This document shows positions 29,377-39,038 of a stretch of 64,000 nt of DNA, in pieces (within the stretch, counting starts at the first letter, position 1; each line of letters opens with the position of its first letter). The notes beneath the pieces were generated by a model. It saw only the letters and a program-made list of their open reading frames with translations. It was not told the DNA's origin and searched no databases. The DNA comes from Candidatus Enteromonas sp. Its GTDB lineage: Bacteria > Bacillota_I > Bacilli_A > RFN20 > CAG-826. Position numbers and translations under genes: made by a program. The stretch lies in NCBI GenBank assembly GCA_034089705.1, contig JAXDTZ010000009.1, positions 135,046 to 199,045 of the forward strand. Reading direction: 5' to 3'.

Positions 29377-30498
29377 TTATTCTCGGCTATCCCAAGCTTC
29401 TTCCATCCGCCGTAACGCTTCGAGGAGGCGAGAACGAGGCAACGCGATGTTCATCCGGAAATGGGTGGGATCTTCGTAAAGGGAGCCTTTGCTTAGATAC
29501 ACTCCTTTGCTTTGGAAAAGTTCCACGGCTTTTTCTGCCTTTTCGCATCCAATCCAAAGAAGGTAAGTCGCTTCTTGGGAATCGAGGGAGAATTCTTCGT
29601 GCCTCGAAACGAATGCTTCCACGAGGCGTTTGTTCTCTTGGAGGTATTCGTTTAACGCGTCAAGGTAAGGTCCTCCTTCTTCATAGGCCGCGATGCTTGC
29701 CAGTAAGGCGAAGGAAGAAGGTTCTCCGCAGTCATCCGCGTACAGGGTGTCTTGCAAGAGGCGTTTCCAGTCGGGGCGTTCCACGTAAGCAAAGGAGGTC
29801 TGGATGCCCGCGAGGTTGAAGGATTTGGAAGGGGAAGAGGCCATGATGGCGACTTCTTTTGCCCCTGGAATCGAAAACAAGGGGAGATACGTCGTGGAGG
29901 AAGGGGAAATCGGCCCATGGATTTCATCGCTGAAAAGGACGACGTGGTGCTTTTTGGCTAGGGCGATCAAGCGCTTCAACTCCTCTTCACTATGGTTTCG
30001 GCCCAAGGGGTTATGGGGATTGCAAAGAACGAAAAGGGAAATCGAACCGAACGCTTCTTCGAGCTTGTCCCAAGGATAAGAATAATTCACTCCATCAAAA
30101 TCAAACGGGATTTTCTTCACGGGAACCCCAGAATGGAGGGCGGTCGACAAAAAGCCATTGTAGGCGGGAGTCATCAAACCCACCCCTTTTTGCCCAAAAG
30201 CTCGGATGCAGGCGGTCAAAGTGGCGATGACCCCGGTGGAAAAAAGGACGTCGCCAGGGACAAGGCCGAGCCCAAATCGCAGATCATAGAACCTCGCGAT
30301 GCTGCTTTGGAACTTCGGATCGTCCTTCACGTAGCCAAATAGAGGGAATTCCATCCGCTTTTTCAAGGCGTTCACGATGCATGGGGCGGTGGGGAAATCC
30401 ATGTCCGCGAGGGATAAAGCGATGCTGTCTTCCCCCAAACCCTCGTATTTGACCGAATCGCTATGGACGCGGTCGAAGATTTGATCAAAGGGATTCAT
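29377..30498 (-). CDS. PatB/MalY-family PLP-dependent C-S lyase / aminotransferase class I/II (start refined; the first 61 codons of the track ORF are spurious)
   Basis: MNPFDQIFDRVHSDSVKYEGLGEDSIALSLADMDFPTAP..., 373 aa. It overlaps the upstream gene by 14 nt. Confidence 0.75.
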   Translation of the reverse strand: MNPFDQIFDRVHSDSVKYEGLGEDSIALSLADMDFPTAPCIVNALKKRMEFPLFGYVKDDPKFQSSIARFYDLRFGLGLVPGDVLFSTGVIATLTACIRAFGQKGVGLMTPAYNGFLSTALHSGVPVKKIPFDFDGVNYSYPWDKLEEAFGSISLFVLCNPHNPLGRNHSEEELKRLIALAKKHHVVLFSDEIHGPISPSSTTYLPLFSIPGAKEVAIMASSPSKSFNLAGIQTSFAYVERPDWKRLLQDTLYADDCGEPSSFALLASIAAYEEGGPYLDALNEYLQENKRLVEAFVSRHEEFSLDSQEATYLLWIGCEKAEKAVELFQSKGVYLSKGSLYEDPTHFRMNIALPRSRLLEALRRMEEAWDSRE

Positions 30499-31339
30499 CG
30501 ACGATAATCTCCGTATTTTCCAAGGGAATGGAAGGGTCGTCGCGGATGATTTCCCCGATTCCTTTCGCGAGGATTCTCCCCGAGATGGGGTTTTTGACCG
30601 AGACGATGGAAGAGAGGATTCGCGCGTCAATCCGGGAGCAATATTCAAAGCAACGGTCGACCCCGTCGAAGACGCAGTCAATCAAGGTGAGGCCATCGAT
30701 GTAGCAAAACCCCTGCAAGGATGAGATAGTACAACGGATCAAAGTAAGGTTTTTCGAATTCCAGCCAAAATATTCTCCCGAAATGGAGCAATCGACCAAA
30801 GTGCAGTCTTCGCTATTCCAGAAGGCGTCTTTGGAAGTGATTTGGCAACGAGAAAGCCTCACTTTCTTGGCCCCATCAAAGCAATAATCGCTGTCTTTTA
30901 GAGTCAAAGCGTTCCCTTCTCCTTGTTCCATCTCTTTTCCAAAATAAGTTCCCCCTTGGACAAGGAGATGGTCCATGGTGACCTGCTCGTTCCACCAAAG
31001 GGTTTCTAACGGGGAAGAAAAGGTGATATCGCGAAGGGAAATGTCCTGACAATGGCGGAATCCTTTGGGAGCATCGTAACGAAGAGCAGAGAAACTCGAA
31101 TGCGAGGTATACCAAATCCCCGCGCGGGCCCCTTCCTCGAAGAGGCATTCGGTGACGTTTTCGTTTTCCCCATACCATAAGGGATATTTCCCCCGGAAAA
31201 GGCATTGGGAGATTTCGAGGTTGCCGGTTTCTTTTAAACAAGACTCCCCTTCATTGAAGGTGCAGGAGGCGATTTTGGCATCGGCGCACCCAAACAAGGG
31301 CCGTTCCCCTTGGTAGGTTTCCCCTTGGATTATTCGCAT
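30485..31339 (-). CDS. DUF3737-like protein, predicted right-handed beta-helix (start refined)
   Basis: MRIIQGETYQGERPLFGCADAKIASCTFNEGE... with repeated C/T/S-rich beta-helix rungs. It overlaps thiI by 10 nt. Confidence 0.55.
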   Translation of the reverse strand: MRIIQGETYQGERPLFGCADAKIASCTFNEGESCLKETGNLEISQCLFRGKYPLWYGENENVTECLFEEGARAGIWYTSHSSFSALRYDAPKGFRHCQDISLRDITFSSPLETLWWNEQVTMDHLLVQGGTYFGKEMEQGEGNALTLKDSDYCFDGAKKVRLSRCQITSKDAFWNSEDCTLVDCSISGEYFGWNSKNLTLIRCTISSLQGFCYIDGLTLIDCVFDGVDRCFEYCSRIDARILSSIVSVKNPISGRILAKGIGEIIRDDPSIPLENTEIIVDESL

Positions 31340-32511
31340 GTTTCCCCGCTTCCCCCTGGCACTCGGATCGTTTGGATGTTCTGCACCGCTTCTTCGATTT
31401 GGGAGGCGTAATCCCATTTGGATTCGTAATAGAGGCAATCGTCGAGTTTGGGCTTGGTCTTGGGCTTTTTGGGCTTGAAGATGGTGCAGCAATCTTCAAA
31501 CGGGCGGATGGAAATCTCGTACGTTCCGATCCGTTTCGCCGTGTTGATGATGGAGAGCTTGTCGCTTGTGGCAAGGGGACGGAGAATTGGGTAGTTGGTC
31601 ACTTCATTGATGACATAGAGGGAATCGAGGGTTTGGGAAGCCACTTGGCCGATGGATTCCCCGGTCGCTAGAGCCAGGCACCCCTTGGTTTTGGCCACGC
31701 GTTCCGCCAAACGGAGCATCATCCTCCGCATGATGGTGATGCAATACGGTTCGGGGACGTGCTCGTAAATCGCCTCTTGGATCTTGGTGAAGGGGACGAT
31801 GTGGAGGCGGAAAGAGGGCTGGTAGGCGGTCAAAGCGCCGAGCAAATCAGTCAATTTGTCGATGACGCGTTCGGAAGTATAAGGCGGGGAAGCGAAATGG
31901 ATGCCTTCCACGAGGATTCCCCTTCGCAGCAAAGAATACGCGGCGACGGGGCTATCGATGCCCCCGGAAAGAAGCAAGCCGGCTTTCCCGTTCATCCCCA
32001 AAGGATATCCCCCGAGTCCGAGGAATTCATGGCAAGAAAGGTAGACCCCTTTCTCCCGAACGGTGATGCGAAGGAGAATGTCGTAATGGTGCAGATCGAC
32101 TTGCAAGGAAGAATGGTCAAGAAGGTAATCCGCGACTTGGCAGGCCAAGGAATAGGAATCGAGGGGATAGGATTTGTCCACGCGTTTCACGTCGATTTTA
32201 AACGTCGTGCCCTCTTCGTTTTGGAGGAGTTCTAAGGCCGCCTTCGCGATCTCTTCGACGGATCTGCCCACCTGGGCGACGAGGGAAATCTTTTGGATTC
32301 CGCTGATTTCTTGGAGCCTAGCGACCACGGCTTCATGGTTTTCTTGATGAAGGTAGACCGCGCAGAAATCGTGATTGCCTTTCACTTCCAAAGTCGGGAA
32401 GGAAGAAAGGGCGACGCGGATATTGTGGGTCAAGCGGTCGATGAAGGAGGAACGGTTGTTCCCTTTGGTGGACAATTCACCATAATGGATGAGCAAGGAA
32501 TCGTATTTCAT
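31330..32511 (-). CDS. thiI: tRNA 4-thiouridine synthase ThiI (short form, no rhodanese domain)
   Basis: MKYDSLLIHYGELSTKGNNR (THUMP domain) and the PP-loop SGGIDS. Confidence 0.9.
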   Translation of the reverse strand: MKYDSLLIHYGELSTKGNNRSSFIDRLTHNIRVALSSFPTLEVKGNHDFCAVYLHQENHEAVVARLQEISGIQKISLVAQVGRSVEEIAKAALELLQNEEGTTFKIDVKRVDKSYPLDSYSLACQVADYLLDHSSLQVDLHHYDILLRITVREKGVYLSCHEFLGLGGYPLGMNGKAGLLLSGGIDSPVAAYSLLRRGILVEGIHFASPPYTSERVIDKLTDLLGALTAYQPSFRLHIVPFTKIQEAIYEHVPEPYCITIMRRMMLRLAERVAKTKGCLALATGESIGQVASQTLDSLYVINEVTNYPILRPLATSDKLSIINTAKRIGTYEISIRPFEDCCTIFKPKKPKTKPKLDDCLYYESKWDYASQIEEAVQNIQTIRVPGGSGETCE

Positions 32512-33641
32512 ATTGGGCGGATCTCCTGAAGGATGGCGGACAAATGGGAGAGGAAGGCATCGATGTCTTCTAGGCTCGCGCTAGGGAGCATCGATACGCG
32601 GATGGGGTTGGCGCAGGCCCGGGGGGATTTCCCCATGGCCTCTAGCACATAACTCACGTTTTCTTTTTTCGAGGAACAGGCCGAAACGGAAGAAACGTAG
32701 ATGCCCGAAGAAGAGAGGGCTTCCACGACGACCGATGCTTTGTGGCGGGTCAACGAGAAATTCAACACGTAAGGGGAAGCGTCGAGAGGCGAATTCAGTT
32801 CAATCCCCTCAATTTGGGACAAGCCTTTTCTTAGATACGCGCATAAGGCCTGCTCTTTTCGGAGATTCTCCGCTTCGCAAGACAAGGCATCGATCAAAGC
32901 CTTTCCCATCGAGGCGATGGATGGGGCGTCGCTCGTGCCTCCGCGAAGCCCGTATTCCTGTTCCCCTCCGTTATTTTGGGGGACGAGGCGAATGGTTTTC
33001 TTGAAACAAAGGGCGCCCACTCCTTTCACCGCGCCGAATTTATGGCCGGAAAAAGAGAACAAATCGAGGCTTTGGTAGGGAACTGGCAGCTTCCCGATCA
33101 TCTGAGTGACGTCGCTATGGAAGAAGGCTTTGGGGAAATGGTGGACCACCTCCGCGAGTTCTCGGAGGGGCTCAATGGTCCCCGTTTCGTTGTTGACCCC
33201 CATGACCGAGACGAGAATCACGTCGTTTCCCATGGAAGAGCGCAAGGTGGAAGGAAGCAAAACGCCGCGTTCATCCAGGGGTAGGTATTCCACGACGAAG
33301 CCGAACCGTTTCGACAATTCCTCCAAGGCGTTTTTGACCGATGGGTGCTCAATGGGGGTGCTTAAAATGCGTTTTCCCCGGTTTTGGTAAGAAAAGGCGG
33401 TTCCCTTGAGGGCCAGATTATTGGCTTCGGTCGCTCCCGATAGGAAAAGCAAGCGATGGGAGGATCCCAGTCCAAATGCAGAAAGGAGGTCGTTTCTGGT
33501 TTTTTCCACGATTTTGGAAGCGTCAAAGCCAAGCCCGTGCAAGGAAGAAGGATTGCCGTAATGGTTCTTGGCCACCTCGACATAGGCTTCTAGGGCAAGG
33601 GAAGAGACAGGGGTGGTGGAGGCGGCGTCAAAATAGATCAT
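32508..33641 (-). CDS. iscS: Cysteine desulfurase (NifS/IscS-like)
   Basis: PLP-binding Lys in SFSGHKFGAVKG and active-site Cys in SSVSACSS. It overlaps thiI by 4 nt. Confidence 0.85.
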   Translation of the reverse strand: MIYFDAASTTPVSSLALEAYVEVAKNHYGNPSSLHGLGFDASKIVEKTRNDLLSAFGLGSSHRLLFLSGATEANNLALKGTAFSYQNRGKRILSTPIEHPSVKNALEELSKRFGFVVEYLPLDERGVLLPSTLRSSMGNDVILVSVMGVNNETGTIEPLRELAEVVHHFPKAFFHSDVTQMIGKLPVPYQSLDLFSFSGHKFGAVKGVGALCFKKTIRLVPQNNGGEQEYGLRGGTSDAPSIASMGKALIDALSCEAENLRKEQALCAYLRKGLSQIEGIELNSPLDASPYVLNFSLTRHKASVVVEALSSSGIYVSSVSACSSKKENVSYVLEAMGKSPRACANPIRVSMLPSASLEDIDAFLSHLSAILQEIRPI

Positions 33642-33653
33642 GGCGCGAGGCTC

Positions 33654-35372
33654 CTATTCTTCCCCTTGGGTATCCTTTTTGGCGAGTTCCGAAATGGTGG
33701 CGTAAGCGGCGGCGAATTGGCCGGCGAAATAGAGGCCTTCCCCTTGGGCGACCCGGGCGTTGTATTCCGGGTTCATAGAACGGTAACGGTTGCAGAATTT
33801 GACGGTGCTGTCGGTCAAGCGTTGGTTTTGCAGGCCCAAATCGATTTCCCGGACGACGGCGTCCCCTTCCGTTTTCAAGCGATTGACGAGTTCGTTGACG
33901 GCGATGACGTCGATCGGCATCGTGAGTTTGGCCTTGATTTGGTCGACGACGCCATAAAGGGCGTTGATGCGTTCTTCCATGGGCTCGCAAAAGGCGGGGA
34001 CCCGCATGGTGGAGAGGCGGTATTCGGCATCGCGGAGGCGGGTGTCGTAGAGGTAAAGGGAACGGCTCGCTTCTTCGCTGTCGGCTTTCATGGAAAGGAG
34101 GAAACGGTTGAAATCCTCGATGGCGTTGGAAGCGCGTATCGCGTCGTCACGCAGGGCGTACATGCGCTCGACGAGGAGGGTGAAGGGTTGGCGCGACCCG
34201 GAATGGATCAAGGTATCCAGGGTGCGCTTCGCCGCGCCGGAGACGTTAATGAGCTTTTTGATCTCATCGATTTTCTCTTGTTCGGAGCTTGGGAGGGCGT
34301 AAATCCGTTTCACGTCGGTCAAGGAATTGCAGAGGCGGATGTAGCGTTTTTCCACGACGGCCTCTTCTTTGTAGATGCCATCGCATTCCGAATCGAAGGT
34401 GACCCGGGCGTCTTTTTCCTTTTCAAAAGCGGTCATGTAATCGTCGATCCGGGCAAGGATGGCGTCGAGTTCTTGCTGAACCCCGGGGAGATTGAAGTCC
34501 TGGACGCGCAAGGTGATGTCTTTCAACTGGGTCTGCATGTCTTGAATGGAGGCCGAGCTGATGAGGTGTTGGAGGGGGTATCCCGCCTTGAGGAGTTCCT
34601 CATAACGGTTTTGCAACGAAGCGATTTTCTCGGGAATCATCGATTGGATGGTAATGCAAAGATTCGGCATGTCCACGAGGATTTTGCCCAAGGCGTCGAT
34701 GACTCCCCCGATTCGGGGAAGGAGTTCCTTGGCTTCGTCGTAATCGGCTTTTTCCACGAAATCCTCGAATTCCTTGAAATGGTCTTCGAGCAAGCCAAAG
34801 GCTTTTTCAAAGGAAGCGCTGACGAGCGAGAGGTCGGCTTGTTTCACGTAATAGTCCTGTTTGACCTTGCGGAGTTTTTCTTTCAATTGCAAGGAAGCGG
34901 TGCGGCAATCTTCTTCGGGGCGAACCACCGCTTGGAGGTCGCGGGCGAGGGAATCCACGTCTTGGCCATAACGGGCCACCGCGTTGGAGGCGTTGCCGAA
35001 TTCGATTTTGAGGGTTTTGTAATCCCGTTCCGCGATGAGATCCTTGAGTTTATTGACTTCGAGTTGGGCGACCGCGTCCCCTTTCTCCCGAATGTCTTTG
35101 ACGCGTTTGGAGAACGATTGGAAGATGGCGATGTATTCGATGTTGTAATTGGAAATGCTTTCGATGCGTTTCAAATGGGTCGCGCATTGGCCGAAAAGCA
35201 AGGCATGCAGGTATTCGAAGCGGCGAATGAGTTCATTGACCATCCGGTTCGCGCGCATATGGGCGAAGACGGTGAAATTGAGAACAATCAGCAAAACGAC
35301 GACCAAAACGACCCCGATGGAAACGAGGGTGATGATCAAGGGGAGGTTAACGGTATCAGCGAATATTTTCAT
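33654..35372 (-). CDS. ezrA: Septation ring formation regulator EzrA (start refined from the track's 35606)
   Basis: MKIFADTVNLPLIITLVSIGVVLVVVLLIVLNF is an N-terminal TM helix, followed by a long coiled-coil. 572 aa. Confidence 0.85.
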   Translation of the reverse strand: MKIFADTVNLPLIITLVSIGVVLVVVLLIVLNFTVFAHMRANRMVNELIRRFEYLHALLFGQCATHLKRIESISNYNIEYIAIFQSFSKRVKDIREKGDAVAQLEVNKLKDLIAERDYKTLKIEFGNASNAVARYGQDVDSLARDLQAVVRPEEDCRTASLQLKEKLRKVKQDYYVKQADLSLVSASFEKAFGLLEDHFKEFEDFVEKADYDEAKELLPRIGGVIDALGKILVDMPNLCITIQSMIPEKIASLQNRYEELLKAGYPLQHLISSASIQDMQTQLKDITLRVQDFNLPGVQQELDAILARIDDYMTAFEKEKDARVTFDSECDGIYKEEAVVEKRYIRLCNSLTDVKRIYALPSSEQEKIDEIKKLINVSGAAKRTLDTLIHSGSRQPFTLLVERMYALRDDAIRASNAIEDFNRFLLSMKADSEEASRSLYLYDTRLRDAEYRLSTMRVPAFCEPMEERINALYGVVDQIKAKLTMPIDVIAVNELVNRLKTEGDAVVREIDLGLQNQRLTDSTVKFCNRYRSMNPEYNARVAQGEGLYFAGQFAAAYATISELAKKDTQGEE

Positions 35373-35623
35373 ACGCGTATAGTGTAACACGCTTGCGCGC
35401 CCGTGAGCAGGGGCAACGCAAAGAAAACAAGAATTTTTCCTTGGCTCTTTTCGTTTTTGCGTGATCCAAGAAACACCTCGACGCCGAAAAAAGAGAGAGG
35501 ACGTATATGCGAATTTGCGAATTACGATGAACAAGGAACGGGATTTGAGAGCCTCTTTCTCTCTTTTCCACGACGAGTTTTCTTTCGAGGAAACGCCACA
35601 TTCCAAAGCAAGAAAACTTAGCC

Positions 35624-35807
35624 TTGTTTCTTCTCGTGCGTACGCGTATAATCACACTTGCGTAACGAAGCAGCAGGTTTCTACGCTTCCGACTGACGTC
35701 TAGGACCTAGTCAAGTAAGGCCGCGCTACTGGCCTGAAACCCTGAGACACCCGGGAAGATGGAAGGAACACTCCTCTCTTTGCGCGAAAGAAAGGAGACA
35801 TCGAAGA
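35624..35807 (+). promoter_or_regulatory. rpsD promoter (TTGTTT-17-TATAAT at 35624-35652) plus a ~150-nt structured leader
   Basis: Good promoter consensus. The leader contains several hairpins (for example GGCCGCGCTACTGGCC) and is a candidate S4 autoregulatory element. Confidence 0.5.
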
Positions 35808-36416
35808 ATGTCTAGATACACTGGAAGCTCTTGGAAAAAGAGCCGTCACCTTGGATTCTCCGTCCTCGAAACCGGTGACGAATTGAAAAAGAGGGCCTAT
35901 GGTCCCGGCCAACACGGCCAAGACCGCAAACGCAAAGCGTCCGAATACGGAACGCAGTTGCTCGAAAAGCAAAAACTCCGCACCCTTTACGGAGTCAACG
36001 AACGGCAATTCCGCCGCTTGTTCATGATCGCCAAAGCCGATAAGGAAACCGTTACCGGCCTCGCCTTCTTCCGCATCCTCGAATCCCGCCTCGACAACCT
36101 CGTCTACCGCATGGGATTCGCCCGCACCCGCGCCGCCGCTCGCCAACTCGTGAACCACGGCCACGTGCTCGTCAACGGCAAGAAAGTCGACATCGCTTCC
36201 TACCTCTGCAAACTCGGCGACGTCATCTCCTTCAAGGGTGACAGCCCCCTCAAAGTCGTCAAGGAATGCGTCGAAGCCAAGCTTCCCGTCGCCCCTTACG
36301 TCACCGTCGATGCCGAAAAGATCACCGGAGTTTACACCCGCAAGCCCGAACGCAACGAGCTTCCGAGCGAAATCCAAGAATCCCAAATCATCGAATACTA
36401 CAACCGCAAGCTCTAA
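35808..36416 (+). CDS. rpsD: 30S ribosomal protein S4
   Basis: MSRYTGSSWKKSRHLGFSV... 202 aa. Confidence 0.95.
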   Translation: MSRYTGSSWKKSRHLGFSVLETGDELKKRAYGPGQHGQDRKRKASEYGTQLLEKQKLRTLYGVNERQFRRLFMIAKADKETVTGLAFFRILESRLDNLVYRMGFARTRAAARQLVNHGHVLVNGKKVDIASYLCKLGDVISFKGDSPLKVVKECVEAKLPVAPYVTVDAEKITGVYTRKPERNELPSEIQESQIIEYYNRKL

Positions 36417-36426
36417 TACGGCACAA

Positions 36427-36459
36427 CAAAACCCCAGGCAAGTCCTGGGGTTTTCGTTT
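36427..36459. terminator. Bidirectional terminator between rpsD and the GNAT gene (AAAACCCCAGG-caagt-CCTGGGGTTTT)
   Basis: A perfect stem with an A-run and a T-run. Confidence 0.8.
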
Positions 36460-36461
36460 AC

Positions 36462-36839
36462 CTAGATGAGGAATTCCAGGGTTTTCTTCGTTTCTTTCAT
36501 CCCTAAGGAAGATAGGAATTTCTCCGCGGTCAGGTCGCTAGAATCCAGTTCCGCGTAGAATTTCGTTTTGCCCCGCTTCTGGGCTTCTAGGTAGCTGAGG
36601 CGAAATAACGAAGTCCCAACCCCTTGCCTTCGATAGGAAGGGATGACGTAGATCCCAAGCAACCGTCCGGTTTCATCCACGAGGGATGCCCCGATGAGTT
36701 TCGCGCAATCGATGGCTAGAATCACGATGTTGCCGGGATTCTTAATGAAATCAGAAGCGCGCCTAGGAAGGAAATTCCGGGAAGAAAGGAGGCTGCTTAA
36801 GGAAGTGGCATCCAATGGGGTGGCAAAGCGAAAATCCAT
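36462..36839 (-). CDS. GNAT-family N-acetyltransferase (small, 125 aa)
   Basis: RRQGVGTSL acetyl-CoA binding motif. It lies 2 nt downstream of the response-regulator gene. Confidence 0.75.
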   Translation of the reverse strand: MDFRFATPLDATSLSSLLSSRNFLPRRASDFIKNPGNIVILAIDCAKLIGASLVDETGRLLGIYVIPSYRRQGVGTSLFRLSYLEAQKRGKTKFYAELDSSDLTAEKFLSSLGMKETKKTLEFLI

Positions 36840-36841
36840 AA

Positions 36842-37525
36842 CTATTCGAGGAGGCGGTATCCCCCGCCGTAAATCGATTCGATGAAGCGTCCGCCTTCGC
36901 CGAGCTTCTCGCGGAGGGATTTGATGTGCATGTCCAGGGCTTTGGAACGGGGGTCGTAGGGTTTATGGGGATCCCCGAAGGCGACGTAGAGCTGCTCACG
37001 AGTCACGACGGCGCCTTGGGCTTCCATCAGCACTTGGTAAATCAAGAATTCGCAGTTGGTGAGATTCAAGGTTTGGTTGAGTTTTCTGGCTTCGCGTTCG
37101 ATTTTGTCCAAGGTGAAGGGACCCCAATGGATCACTTCTTTTCTTTTTTGGACGCGGCGCATTTGGGCGATGACCATCGCGTAGAGCTCGCGGGGCTCAA
37201 ACGGGAAGGACAAATAGCCATCTCCTCCGGCATGGTAGACGTTGCACCGGTCTTCGCAGGTGGCGCTCGTGCCGATCAAAATGACGCGGGTATCGCGTTT
37301 TTCCCCTTCGGAAGAACGGATCTTCTTTAGGACGTTAATGCCGTATTCATCGAAAATCCGAAGGTCAATGATCGCCAAATCCGGAGGATTGACGGCGAAA
37401 GTATTGAGGAAGGGAGTTGCTTTGACAAAACCCCTCACGGTGAATTTGGTTCCCCTGAGAGCCTCCGAAACCTGATGCATGATCGTGGGGGAGGACTCAA
37501 CCACATCGATGATATAATTAGCCAT
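36842..37525 (-). CDS. OmpR-family response regulator with an atypical receiver domain (orphan)
   Basis: C-terminal winged helix (...GGGYRLLE). The receiver has the Asp (IIDLRI), but the conserved Lys of the (T/S)KPF motif is replaced, giving GDGYLSFPF. No histidine kinase is in the window. Confidence 0.75.
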   Translation of the reverse strand: MANYIIDVVESSPTIMHQVSEALRGTKFTVRGFVKATPFLNTFAVNPPDLAIIDLRIFDEYGINVLKKIRSSEGEKRDTRVILIGTSATCEDRCNVYHAGGDGYLSFPFEPRELYAMVIAQMRRVQKRKEVIHWGPFTLDKIEREARKLNQTLNLTNCEFLIYQVLMEAQGAVVTREQLYVAFGDPHKPYDPRSKALDMHIKSLREKLGEGGRFIESIYGGGYRLLE

Positions 37526-37531
37526 GAACTT

Positions 37532-37560
37532 ATAATAAGAAAAAAGTAAGGAATTGTCAC
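37532..37560 (-). promoter_or_regulatory. Promoter GTGACA-17-TATTAT ending 6 nt before the response-regulator ATG (predicts a leaderless mRNA)
   Basis: Read on the minus strand. No SD sequence lies between the -10 and the ATG. Confidence 0.45.
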
Positions 37561-37735
37561 TGATAAATTTTCACGGTACCCTTCGCGTTCTAGGACCGTT
37601 TCCCCTCTTTCGGGTTAGGAAGGTGAAATCCTTTCTTATTTTAGAGAAACAAATCGACGCAATAGTAGGGAAAAAGAAAGGAAACCTCCGAACCTTTTTG
37701 AGAAGGGAAAAGAACCAAACGTAAGCCTTTCCATG

Positions 37736-37768
37736 AAGAAAAGAAAAGCCCGGGATTCCGGGCCAAAG
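37736..37768 (-). terminator. Terminator for tyrS (GCCCGG-aatc-CCGGGC + UUUUCUUUU)
   Basis: A hairpin 3 nt after the tyrS stop. Confidence 0.75.
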
Positions 37769-37770
37769 AG

Positions 37771-39021
37771 TTAGAATTCTCCGAGGTAGTAGTTCTTCTT
37801 CCCTCGACGGACCACGAGGTATTTGCCGTGCATCGCATCCTTCGCTTCGAAGGTCGCTTTGGGGTCGGTGACCTTCGCGCCGTTAACGAGGACCGAGTTG
37901 CCCGTGGCGAAGGTTCGGGCTTCGCGCTTGGAAGTGGCCGCGCCTAAGGCGATCAGGATGTCTTCGAGCATCATGCCCGGTTCGAGCTTGACTTTGCTAT
38001 CCCCGAACAAGGTTTCGATCTGGTCCTCCCGGAGGGTGGAGACGTTGCCCTGGAAGAGGGCTTCCGTCATGGCGATGGCTTCTTTCGCCCCATCTTCCCC
38101 ATAGATGTCCTTCACGATTTCATAGGCCACCTTCTTTTGGCCGATTCGGGCTCCTGGTGTGGCGAAATGCTCGCGGGCCACCGCTTCGATCTCTTCTTGG
38201 GAAAGGAAGGAGAAGACTTTGAGGAAACGGATCGCGTCTTCGTCGGTGACGTTGAGGAAGTATTGGTACATCGTATACGGCGAAGTGAGGTTCGGATCCA
38301 GGAATAGGGCTCCTTTTTCCGATTTCCCGAATTTCTTGCCATCGCTTCGGAGGATCAAACGGGAAGTGAGGACTTCGGCTTCCGCTTCTTCCCCATCGAT
38401 TTTTCGGATGAGTTCGAGGCCCGAGGTAAGGTTGCCCCATTGGTCGTTGCCCCCGAGTTGCATCGTGACCCCCTTCGTGGAATGGAGGTGATAGAAATCG
38501 ATGGATTGGAGGATTTGATAGGCGAATTCGGTGAAGGAGATGCCGGCTTCGAGGCGGCTTTTGACGATTTCCTTGGAAAGCATGTAGTTGATGGGGAAGA
38601 ATTTCCCATAATCCCGGAGGAAATCGATCATCGATAAGGGGCCAAGCCACTCGTAATTGGAAACGAGTTCCCCCTTTTCTGGATCGGAAAGGTCGATGTA
38701 ACGTTCGAGTTGGCGTCGGATGGAGGCGGTGTTTTCCTCGAGTTGCTCCTTGGTTTGGAGGTTTCGTTCCTTGCTTTTGCCCGAAGGATCCCCAATCATC
38801 CCAGTAGCCCCTCCCACGAGGGCGACCACCTTATGCCCCGCTTTTTGGAAGCGTTTGAGCAAAGAAATCATCACGTAGTTGCCAAGGTGCATGCTGCCGG
38901 CGCTTGGGTCGAAGCCGCAATAAACGGCTTGTTTGGTGTTCAGCATTTCGCGGACATGCTCTTCGTTCGAGCATTGTTGGATGAGCCCGCGGTACATCAA
39001 ATCGTCGAATAAGTTTTCCAT
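37771..39021 (-). CDS. tyrS: Tyrosyl-tRNA synthetase
   Basis: HIGH motif (GSMHLGN), KMSKS-like KFGKSE and a C-terminal S4 domain. Confidence 0.95.
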   Translation of the reverse strand: MENLFDDLMYRGLIQQCSNEEHVREMLNTKQAVYCGFDPSAGSMHLGNYVMISLLKRFQKAGHKVVALVGGATGMIGDPSGKSKERNLQTKEQLEENTASIRRQLERYIDLSDPEKGELVSNYEWLGPLSMIDFLRDYGKFFPINYMLSKEIVKSRLEAGISFTEFAYQILQSIDFYHLHSTKGVTMQLGGNDQWGNLTSGLELIRKIDGEEAEAEVLTSRLILRSDGKKFGKSEKGALFLDPNLTSPYTMYQYFLNVTDEDAIRFLKVFSFLSQEEIEAVAREHFATPGARIGQKKVAYEIVKDIYGEDGAKEAIAMTEALFQGNVSTLREDQIETLFGDSKVKLEPGMMLEDILIALGAATSKREARTFATGNSVLVNGAKVTDPKATFEAKDAMHGKYLVVRRGKKNYYLGEF

Positions 39022-39038
39022 AGCCCCGCTATTCTACT

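Noticed and set aside
33666-35387. 573-aa + ORF overlapping ezrA
   Set aside because: Antisense of ezrA, with a G/E/D/F-rich composition and no TM or coiled-coil logic.
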